A stretch of DNA of 22,001 nucleotides from Pachysolen tannophilus NRRL Y-2460 (taxonomy: Eukaryota), in the NCBI GenBank assembly GCA_001661245.1, contig KV454013.1:1644502-1666502 (forward strand), written 5' to 3'. The position numbers and the translations under genes are program-made. Below, piece after piece: positions 8,055-16,062 of the stretch. The stretch's first letter is position 1, and the number at the start of each line of letters is the position of its first letter. Under the pieces are notes generated by a model. That model worked only from the letters and a program-made list of their open reading frames with translations, made no database searches and had not been told where the DNA came from.

Positions 8055-10748
8055 TTATTGATCGTCATTATCATTGTTGTCATTACTACTACTCATAGCA
8101 GCCATTGTGGCACTGACAGCATTATGAAATGCAGAAGACCCAAAATTAATTCCAATACCTTGCCCATCATTATTCTCATCGCTCTCATTAGTATTATTAC
8201 CATGTCCATTATCAGGAGTCGTAGAAGCTGCAGTCAATGAAGCCGGCATAGATGACAACGTTGGAGTGTTATTTCTTGAAATTGGGTGGAATGCATTAAT
8301 ATTATTATTTAATGGAAAAGGTGATTGAATAAGTGTGTTTGGATTAGTAGCAAATGTCGCAGTGGTTGTGGCAGTTAGACTAGATGCAACGCTTCTGATA
8401 TCTTCATCATTTTCTGGGTTATTGTTATTGTCATTGATATTATTATTATTATTATTAATATCATTATTACTAGGAGTATTATTGTTGCTATCGTTATTAT
8501 TAAGCATTGTTGATGGATTAGATTGAGAAGACGATGTACCTGTGTTTGAGGATTGACTGTTGCCCTGTGAAGATGAGGAAGAAGTTGTTTGCACACACCA
8601 GTGCCTGTGATATTCCCATGCTCTAGATTGACACTCTTTCGAACAATATTTGGTTCTCTTACAACGCCTACATTTAGCAAACTGCCTTGGATATTGCTCC
8701 CATTTACCACATTCAAATGATGCGCATTGTCTAACACCACCTTTTGACTCATCTCTACGGCATGAATTTCTCATTATAACACCAGCCCAATAACAAATGT
8801 CATTTTTATGAGTTCCTTTCACTGTAAATTTTTCCACCAAGGGAAAAATATTTAAAATTTCTAAAGGTTGAATTGACAAATCTTGATCTTCGAGTAAATT
8901 GTCATAGATATCATAAAATTCATGATTCCATTTCTGACGAGTCTGTGAAATTTTGGATAAAGAAACTTTATTGCAAACTGATTTTAGGTTTAAATTTTCT
9001 ATTGATAGGTTTTTGTTAATGACTGAATTTAATTTGACGTAAATTTTTGATCTTGAAATTTTATTCTTAGTATTTTCAGTCTTCTCATAATCGTTAATTA
9101 ATTTATCAAAATAGGCAATAAAATTATTTCTAGAAGTGAAAGAAGAAGAATCCAAAGAACTTGAGGAATTATTTAATCTTGATGTAGAGTCACTATTATT
9201 TAAATCAATGCTATTCAAAGGTAAAATGAAATCGTCAAGTTTGTTATTATCAACTAATAGGTTGTTATCAGGGCTGGTGGTATCTGCATTTGTTTCACCA
9301 TGTTGTTCATTATGTCTTGTAACATTTTCATTATTTGTCCGGTGGTGATTGTGATTTTGATCTTGGTGGGGTTCATTTCCATTATGACTTTCTGTATCTT
9401 CAACTTCTTCTTCTTCTTCAACAACTTCTTCATCGTCATTTTCTAATGCTGGAACCGATTGTTGGAAATTTCCCTGGAAATTCAAAAAATCTTGATTTGA
9501 ACGAAGTGACATTCCAGTGATGATGTGCGTATCTGATAAAACCGGTTTTAAATAAGAGTATTTTGAAATAAAAGCCAATAGTTGCAATGACCATACAACG
9601 TCATCTTCTTTTGGTACCAATATTCCTTTTTGGAAAGTCCTTGGTGAAGTTAATTCTAATAGTCTTTGCTGGTATTGATTATTATGTACTGCTTGATATT
9701 TACTTAGTTTCAATTCTGTTTCATTTATATATTTCAACAATTTTTCATTCAGTTCATCTTCATCTTCAGAGTCTTTTAAAGAATTAATTTCATTTACTAA
9801 AAACAATTTTTTCTTCAATTCCCCCAAATTATCATGGTTACTATTTACATCATTTGATGGTAGTAATAAATGATTTTTTCTATAACCGGATAACATTAGA
9901 GTATTTCTTCCAAATCTCATATTGGAAGTGGTAGGAGTAGATGTTGTAGGCACAACGTTATTATTGTTATTATTATTGTTATTGTTATTGTTGTTGGCTG
10001 TGCGGTTAGATTCCTGGTTATTTCTGGTTGCGCTAGAAACAAAAGACAAATTATTATTATTCGAAACTTGTTCTTCGTCGGTTCCGGTGCTATTACCGTC
10101 CATCTGTATTTGCAGCGCTATACCCAGTGCAAGAGCCAGAGCCAGAGCCAGACCCTGAGACAGACCCTGACCCGAGCCCAGATCCGAACCCCGAACCAGT
10201 CCCAGACCCAGTCCCGAACCCGGTCCCAGCCTCAGCAGTTGTATATGATGCGACAGCTCGGTATTCTGACTTTGATTCACATTCCGACTTTGATGATGAG
10301 CTTGACGGCCCGATGGGTACTTCATACCGTTTGCAACTAAATAATTATCCAAAACCGTTGCAATAATAGGAATCATCCCAGCTTCAACAACTTTTTGTCT
10401 AATTTTTTCTGTACCCCGTGTACCAATCAATACAAGACATTGAAACAGTAATGACCACTTCCATGCAACCAACGGATTATTATTATTATTATTATTCGAG
10501 CTCCCATACTTCCCACTTGCATCCAACTTGCATTCATACAACATGTCTATCAATCTTTCCAAACCACCATCATGAGATAAAGTCTCTCTCACTTTAGCAC
10601 TTGAAGATGCTAAAAATGTCAAATGATTTAGTGAGTTAACCAAAGGTTTATCCGAAGTACAATCCAACGCCCTTCTATCATATAACGTTGATGTTATACT
10701 TAACGCCGCCCTATTTGAAGTTATCGATCGATAGTTAGAATCTCTCAT
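8055..10748 (-). CDS. MUB1: MYND-type zinc finger protein MUB1/samB (Ubr2 ubiquitin-ligase adaptor)
   Basis: Conserved N-terminus MRDSNYRSITSNRAALSITSTLYDRRALDCTSDKPLVNSLNHL, DDVVWSLQLLAFISKY, NIFPLVEKFT..YWAGVIMRNSCRRDE, and the MYND finger CASFECGKWE..FAKCRRCKRTKYCSKECQSRAW..HRHWC. Long Asn-rich low-complexity inserts. Confidence 0.93.
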   Translation of the reverse strand: MRDSNYRSITSNRAALSITSTLYDRRALDCTSDKPLVNSLNHLTFLASSSAKVRETLSHDGGLERLIDMLYECKLDASGKYGSSNNNNNNNPLVAWKWSLLFQCLVLIGTRGTEKIRQKVVEAGMIPIIATVLDNYLVANGMKYPSGRQAHHQSRNVNQSQNTELSHHIQLLRLGPGSGLGLGLVRGSDLGSGQGLSQGLALALALALGIALQIQMDGNSTGTDEEQVSNNNNLSFVSSATRNNQESNRTANNNNNNNNNNNNNVVPTTSTPTTSNMRFGRNTLMLSGYRKNHLLLPSNDVNSNHDNLGELKKKLFLVNEINSLKDSEDEDELNEKLLKYINETELKLSKYQAVHNNQYQQRLLELTSPRTFQKGILVPKEDDVVWSLQLLAFISKYSYLKPVLSDTHIITGMSLRSNQDFLNFQGNFQQSVPALENDDEEVVEEEEEVEDTESHNGNEPHQDQNHNHHRTNNENVTRHNEQHGETNADTTSPDNNLLVDNNKLDDFILPLNSIDLNNSDSTSRLNNSSSSLDSSSFTSRNNFIAYFDKLINDYEKTENTKNKISRSKIYVKLNSVINKNLSIENLNLKSVCNKVSLSKISQTRQKWNHEFYDIYDNLLEDQDLSIQPLEILNIFPLVEKFTVKGTHKNDICYWAGVIMRNSCRRDESKGGVRQCASFECGKWEQYPRQFAKCRRCKRTKYCSKECQSRAWEYHRHWCVQTTSSSSSQGNSQSSNTGTSSSQSNPSTMLNNNDSNNNTPSNNDINNNNNNINDNNNNPENDEDIRSVASSLTATTTATFATNPNTLIQSPFPLNNNINAFHPISRNNTPTLSSMPASLTAASTTPDNGHGNNTNESDENNDGQGIGINFGSSAFHNAVSATMAAMSSSNDNNDNDDQ

Positions 10749-10915
10749 AATAGAAAGAAAGAAATGAAAGTGTTCACTTTTATCTTTTAAATCTTTTTAG
10801 TAAATGATGATTAACTAGCAGCAGTAAATAATATCTCTAATCAAAGGAAAAAAAAAAAAATAGAAAAAGAAAAAAAAAAAAAAAAAAAAACAAAAAAAAA
10901 AAAAAAAAAAAAAAA

Positions 10916-11193
10916 NNNNNNNNNNNNNNNNNNNNNNNNNNNNNNNNNNNNNNNNNNNNNNNNNNNNNNNNNNNNNNNNNNNNNNNNNNNNNNNNNNNNN
11001 NNNNNNNNNNNNNNNNNNNNNNNNNNNNNNNNNNNNNNNNNNNNNNNNNNNNNNNNNNNNNNNNNNNNNNNNNNNNNNNNNNNNNNNNNNNNNNNNNNNN
11101 NNNNNNNNNNNNNNNNNNNNNNNNNNNNNNNNNNNNNNNNNNNNNNNNNNNNNNNNNNNNNNNNNNNNNNNNNNNNNNNNNNNNNNNNNNNNN
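10916..11193. other. Assembly gap (278 N) flanked by long poly(dA) tracts
   Basis: N run with poly-A on both sides (about 10848-10915 and 11194-11214). The true gap length is unknown. Confidence 0.99.
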
Positions 11194-11303
11194 AAAAAAA
11201 AAAAAAAAAAAAAACTTTTAACCAAAATGCTATCTAGAAGAGACAATTATTACGATGAATATCGAATAGCCATTTAAGAAGAACTTAATGAATGAGTTAT
11301 ATA

Positions 11304-11332
11304 ATTATTATTATTATTATTATTATTATTAT
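11304..11332. repeat. (ATT)n microsatellite; an (AT)n tract follows at about 11561-11589
   Basis: Seen directly in the MUB1-RPN9 intergenic region. Confidence 0.85.
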
Positions 11333-11401
11333 GTGATCATGTTCGTTTTTCCTCTTATTACTTTTCTTTACTTTTTTTTTGGCGTTTACATAATTTTTGA
11401 G

Positions 11402-11410
11402 GGTGGCAAG
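11402..11410 (+). promoter_or_regulatory. PACE-like (Rpn4) site GGTGGCAAG upstream of MUB1
   Basis: 8/9 match to PACE GGTGGCAAA with an intact GTGGCAA core, in the region 5' of MUB1. The distance to the ATG is uncertain because of the gap. Confidence 0.4.
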
Positions 11411-11675
11411 ATAAGATTTCCTAAAACGGAAATTGAAATAGAAAAGGGGAAAAAGAGGAAGCAGAATTACTATATTAAGGAATTACTGCATTTGGATCGG
11501 AAATAGATCATTAGAACTAGATCATTAGAAATATTGAAGGTGTTGCAATTAGATATAGTAATATATATATATATATATATATCTATATATTGGAAAGATT
11601 CTATCTAGGCGAATTGGAATAGCTGCTATATAAGGAGACAAAGATGTAACCTATAATATGTTATACTATACTATA

Positions 11676-12875
11676 CTATACCCAGACCTGTTTGCCGTTG
11701 TCGGCCATGTAATCGGATAACTTGCTAACGTTGTTATTCCAGTCGACGAGTTTATTTCTTATGATTTCAATTTGTGGTTTATTCATTGTTCTTGGTTGGA
11801 CCCAAGTGATTTCAATTTCCTTGTTTACCTGGTTGATGTAGCCCTTGATCAAGTTTAAAGATAAACACTTCATGCAAAGATGTTCGATTTCAGCCAGAGT
11901 TGATAAATTTGTAATTTCTTTTAAAATCTCATCATAAGTTAAAATCTTTCTATTTGAACTTTTAATAAAAATTAATTTAATAAAAGTCATTATACAAATT
12001 TTTTCATTTAAAAATTTTAAATCTAATGAATTTAAACTTTTTTTTATATCTTTTTCATTTTTCAGTAAAATTTTATTAAATTCAATTAAATTTCCATCAT
12101 TTAAACTTAAAATTAATTTTTTTAACCATTCAATTTTTAAATTATTAAAAATTTCATGCATTATAATTTCTCCAAAATTATAAATTTTATTACCTAAAAT
12201 TGCTGAAATACTTAAATTATAAATAAATTCATCTTTTTGATCTTTTAAAATTGTTAAATCATTATTAATACATGCCAAATATAATAAACTTGTCTTGTAA
12301 TAACTATTATAATCTGAACTTAATTTTTGATAATTAGATAATGTCTTATAATAACTAGCATTAATTCTATTATCAATTGAATTTAATTGATCAATTTTTA
12401 ATTGACAATCATCTAAAAGTTTTTTTGCATCATCAATTTCTGAAAGTTGTAATTTAATATTTGCAATTTCACAAGAAATGAAAACTAATGCTTGTGTATA
12501 TTGATCATTTTTATCTTCTTTTTCCAATTTTTCAGAATCTTTTAAAATTTTTAATTTTAAATCATTTAATAATGATAAACTTTCATCTGCAGTTTCAACT
12601 TCATCTAATGATGCCAATAAAAATTGAATCAATTTTAATAAATTAATCTTATTATAAAAATTTAAAATAAACCTTTGAAATAATCTTAATCTAATCCCAC
12701 GAGAATGTTCAGATCCATAAAAATCTGTTTCCAATACAAGAGTTAATTGATACCATAATTTACGTTCATATAAATCTTCAAGTTGATAAAATACAGCAGA
12801 CAATTCAGGACTACTATTCTCCCTTAAAACAGCTAAAACAGTGGGAATATCAGCATCAATCTCCATAACACTCAT
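11676..12875 (-). CDS. RPN9: 26S proteasome lid subunit Rpn9 (PCI domain)
   Basis: 399 aa. Motifs LEDLYERKLWYQLT, NSYYKTSLLYLAC, SAILGNKIYNFGE, EHLCMKCLSLNLIKGYINQV, ITWVQPR are characteristic of Rpn9/PSMD13. Confidence 0.95.
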   Translation of the reverse strand: MSVMEIDADIPTVLAVLRENSSPELSAVFYQLEDLYERKLWYQLTLVLETDFYGSEHSRGIRLRLFQRFILNFYNKINLLKLIQFLLASLDEVETADESLSLLNDLKLKILKDSEKLEKEDKNDQYTQALVFISCEIANIKLQLSEIDDAKKLLDDCQLKIDQLNSIDNRINASYYKTLSNYQKLSSDYNSYYKTSLLYLACINNDLTILKDQKDEFIYNLSISAILGNKIYNFGEIIMHEIFNNLKIEWLKKLILSLNDGNLIEFNKILLKNEKDIKKSLNSLDLKFLNEKICIMTFIKLIFIKSSNRKILTYDEILKEITNLSTLAEIEHLCMKCLSLNLIKGYINQVNKEIEITWVQPRTMNKPQIEIIRNKLVDWNNNVSKLSDYMADNGKQVWV

Positions 12876-13002
12876 GACTTTACCTTGTTACTAATACTAC
12901 TACTAATATCACTTAATATCACTATTACTAATTTATAGAAACAACTCAGTTCAACCTCTTTTTAATCTTTACTCTCTTGAGTTGTTCATTCAAATTAATA
13001 AT

Positions 13003-13011
13003 AGTGGCAAC
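13003..13011 (+). promoter_or_regulatory. PACE variant (Rpn4 site) AGTGGCAAC in the RPN9 promoter
   Basis: GTGGCAA core about 130 bp upstream of the ATG of a proteasome subunit gene, the expected context for a Rpn4 site. Confidence 0.7.
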
Positions 13012-13044
13012 TTTTACTTAATGTTGTTATTTGGACACAACATC

Positions 13045-13053
13045 TTTTGTGTC
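13045..13053 (-). promoter_or_regulatory. MSE/Ndt80-like site GACACAAAA in the RPN9 promoter
   Basis: TTTTGTGTC on + is GACACAAAA on -, a full match to gNCRCAAAW. It pairs with GACACAA at 13034-13040 as an inverted repeat. Confidence 0.45.
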
Positions 13054-13341
13054 TACAGTGCACTACTATTTTCTTTTCTCTTTCTCTTTACTTTTTATAT
13101 ATGAAAAGGCTTTTCCAATAATAATATATATATTACTGAATCTTTGTATTTAATATTATATAACAGAACAGAAAAGACAATCATGAGAGAATATTAATAC
13201 TGATTATATTCCTTTTGATTTCGATTTTTTCATTTTTTTTTTTTTTTTTTTTCTTCTTTATTAGGTTATTTTTCTCTAAAAGTTTTTTCTTTTCTTTTTT
13301 TTTTTTTTTTCTTTTAAGTATATAAAAAAAAGTGGAAATTT

Positions 13342-15201
13342 CTAATCATCTTTCTTCTTTGTGTGTTGTGTACTTTCCCACTCATCGAACCCATCCTCCT
13401 CGTCTTCGTCTTCTTCTTCTTCTTCATCATTTTCATCTAATTGAAAAATAGTTTTCCCAGTTTTAGCTGGGGCGTGCTGTGTACTTCCTGAACCTCCAAC
13501 GGTGGCTGCAGTAGCCCCAGCGGTCCCAGCGGTCCCAGCGCCCGTACTTGGTTTTTGTTTTTTCTTATTGAAATCATCAATGTTGTCATCATCATCTTCA
13601 TCTGCGTTATCTGCATCCTCTCCCAACTCTAAATCAATACTGTCATTGTCGTGATTGATTTTACTGTACAGAGGAGGATCGACAAATGGATTTCCTGCCA
13701 GACCACCATTTGTTGCTTGTTGATCAGTTTCATCATCACTTTGTAAATCGTCCAATTCAAATTCGGTTCCTTGCATTTGATGACCCATTCCAGCGTTTGC
13801 CTCTGAATCATTTTGAGGTAATTGTGATGATGCAGCAAGCATATAAGATGTATCAGTTGGTCTCCATATTATTGCAATACCAATGAAAACAACAAAGTAT
13901 AAACATGATGGCCAAAAATCCATCAATACATCATTAAATTTCCAAAATTTTTCTATAGCATTTGTAACTGAATCATTGAAAAATAATAATGTAACAATAA
14001 CCATTGCAAGTACCATCATTAATAATGAGAAAAAAATTAATTTAAAAAGTTTTTTATACATATTAAGTTTTATAATTTGTCTATTTTCAGTAAGAAATTT
14101 CACAGTTTTAGAAAGTGATGATAAAATTAAAAAATAGAAAATTGTTAATGTAATTGCTAATGGTAGAGTACTTAATAATGTTAAAAGTGAATTTTTCCAT
14201 GAACTATTACTTGATTCTGTTGATGTAGTTGCTGCTGTTGGATTTGTTGAAATTGAAGATTCTCTAATATAACTAACAATTAGATAAAAAACACCAAATA
14301 TAAAATGAATTAAACCTAATAATTTACATTTTAACATTAATTTTTTGTTTAATTTTGGATATACAACCCCATAACCCAATGAAATTATTAATAATAAGAA
14401 AAATGAAAATGAAATTTTGAATGAATTTAAAACACTAATGAAAAACATATAAAATTTAATTCCTGCAGGTAATGGATAACGTTTATTATTATTTTGAACA
14501 TCATATAATGACCATATTAATATATTTTCCACTGTTAAAAAAATGAAAAATCCTGCAAGATATTTTTGTAATAATAATAATTCCAGTCTATGTTTAAAAA
14601 CTTGAAATAAATAAATACATAAACAAACTGCATAAATTACAGCTAATAATCCATATAATGGTAATTTTGAAATTTCTGAAGCTGCCAAATTACCAAATGC
14701 ATTTTGAAAATTGATCAATATTTTATAATTAGTTGCAGTAGCTGAATAAGTAGCAACACAATAATAACCTGTTTCTTTAACAAAATATGTTAAATCATTA
14801 TCTCCAATTTCTGTTAACCTTGTTGATAATACTTGATTATAACTTGTTGCATTAGACTCAAGAATAAATGTATTTTGCATTGAAGTATTACAATAATCTA
14901 ATGCAATTAAACTTTCATCACAAATATATCTTTCAACACCATCAACTTCCACTCCAATAGTATCAATATCTCTATATTCAAAAATCACCACAGAAACATC
15001 AATATCATCACTATTACCCAGTTCATTTTGGAAACTTTGTAAATTAAGTTTTATAAATGGATTATTAATATTTCCTGACCAATCATTTTTAGAATACATT
15101 CCAGTACAAACTTGAGAATCTTTCCAAGTAACAAATGCTTTATTTGCCGACACCGATACCGCAAATACAAGCGGTATTAGAAACAATTCAAGTATCTTCA
15201 T
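13342..15201 (-). CDS. PTM1: PTM1-like membrane protein (lung seven-TM receptor/GOST family)
   Basis: Signal peptide, lumenal domain (VCTGMYSKNDW, VSVVIFEYRD, YICD, ETGYYCV, FQNAFGNLAASE), seven hydrophobic segments (LQKYLAGFFIFLTVE, SFFLLLIISLGYGVVYPKL, KLNMYKKL, IAIIWRPT), and an acidic cytosolic tail. Confidence 0.88.
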   Translation of the reverse strand: MKILELFLIPLVFAVSVSANKAFVTWKDSQVCTGMYSKNDWSGNINNPFIKLNLQSFQNELGNSDDIDVSVVIFEYRDIDTIGVEVDGVERYICDESLIALDYCNTSMQNTFILESNATSYNQVLSTRLTEIGDNDLTYFVKETGYYCVATYSATATNYKILINFQNAFGNLAASEISKLPLYGLLAVIYAVCLCIYLFQVFKHRLELLLLQKYLAGFFIFLTVENILIWSLYDVQNNNKRYPLPAGIKFYMFFISVLNSFKISFSFFLLLIISLGYGVVYPKLNKKLMLKCKLLGLIHFIFGVFYLIVSYIRESSISTNPTAATTSTESSNSSWKNSLLTLLSTLPLAITLTIFYFLILSSLSKTVKFLTENRQIIKLNMYKKLFKLIFFSLLMMVLAMVIVTLLFFNDSVTNAIEKFWKFNDVLMDFWPSCLYFVVFIGIAIIWRPTDTSYMLAASSQLPQNDSEANAGMGHQMQGTEFELDDLQSDDETDQQATNGGLAGNPFVDPPLYSKINHDNDSIDLELGEDADNADEDDDDNIDDFNKKKQKPSTGAGTAGTAGATAATVGGSGSTQHAPAKTGKTIFQLDENDEEEEEDEDEEDGFDEWESTQHTKKKDD

Positions 15202-15411
15202 GATTGCATTGGGGTTCTCCTAATAAAATTTTCCAAGAGAAAAAAAATACAAAAAAAAAAAATTTCAAATATATATATATATATATATTAATTGTTTTAA
15301 TGATAATTAGTTGTTCCGCTGGTCGTTCAAGGCCCATACTATATCATACTATATTATGGTATGAACCGTTGTTCACTTTCTAAGACTTCCACAGCCCTTT
15401 AAATAAAGAGA

Positions 15412-15474
15412 AGAAAAAAAAAATTATTTCTTAGCACAACAGGGGCTGGAGCTAAGAAATAATTTTTTTTTTCT
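15412..15474. repeat. Perfect 24-bp inverted repeat with a 15-nt spacer
   Basis: AG-A10-TTATTTCTTAGC (15412-15435) / ACAACAGGGGCTGGA / GCTAAGAAATAA-T10-CT (15451-15474). Confidence 0.95.
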
Positions 15475-16062
15475 AAAACGCGGTAGTGCACTTTAAACGC
15501 GGCGGCACTTGAAAGAAAGTTCACTTAGTCTCTCTCACTTGCAAACTCCGATATCCCAAGTCTATCTTAAATGAAACTTTTATTTGAATGAATACACACT
15601 ACTTAACCAAAAAAAAGAAGTCAGGTATACCTACCACCCCTGTATATATAGAAAAAATAAGGAAAAGAGAGATAGATATATTGATATATCAGGGCTGTGC
15701 AACTACAAAAAAAAAAAGATTTTTTATTTTCTTCTTTTATTCACTTTCCCGATTCAGATACTTGATAAGCGAGGAACTACTACAACAAACTTTTTTTTCT
15801 ACTACCCGATTCAGCATATTGATTTTGGCAACACTCCTATATTTATTGTGGTGTAAAAAAATTTTTTTCTTCTTGAAAACAGCTAAAACAGTCGTGGAGT
15901 GAAATCACAAAAATTTGTGTGTGTGTTTTTTTTTTTTTTTTTTGATTTTTTCTTTTTTTGTAAGAGTTGCAGCGAGAAGAGAAGCGAAACGGTAATTTTT
16001 ATATGTATTTTTATATTATGGTATTATTAAATATATTATTTATAAATTATTAAGAAAACAAG

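Noticed and set aside
7914..8240. 108-aa ORF with poly-Phe
   Set aside because: Non-ATG start. It translates a poly-T tract and the antisense of the MUB1 low-complexity tail.
10068..10366. + strand ORFs with PE/PD or QSQT dipeptide repeats
   Set aside because: Antisense shadows of the hexamer-like tract inside MUB1, with no independent coding evidence.
10815..11506. ORFs 10815-11246 and 11288-11506
   Set aside because: Artefacts of the N gap, poly-A and the (ATT)n microsatellite.
11504..11530. Direct repeat TAGATCATTAGAA x2
   Set aside because: A simple two-copy slippage duplication in a terminator/promoter region, with no spacer structure.
15584..15902. Two overlapping 90-104 aa ORFs in the PTM1/CYM1 intergenic region
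   Set aside because: Homopolymer-derived K/F-rich composition with no recognisable domain; the region looks like a promoter.
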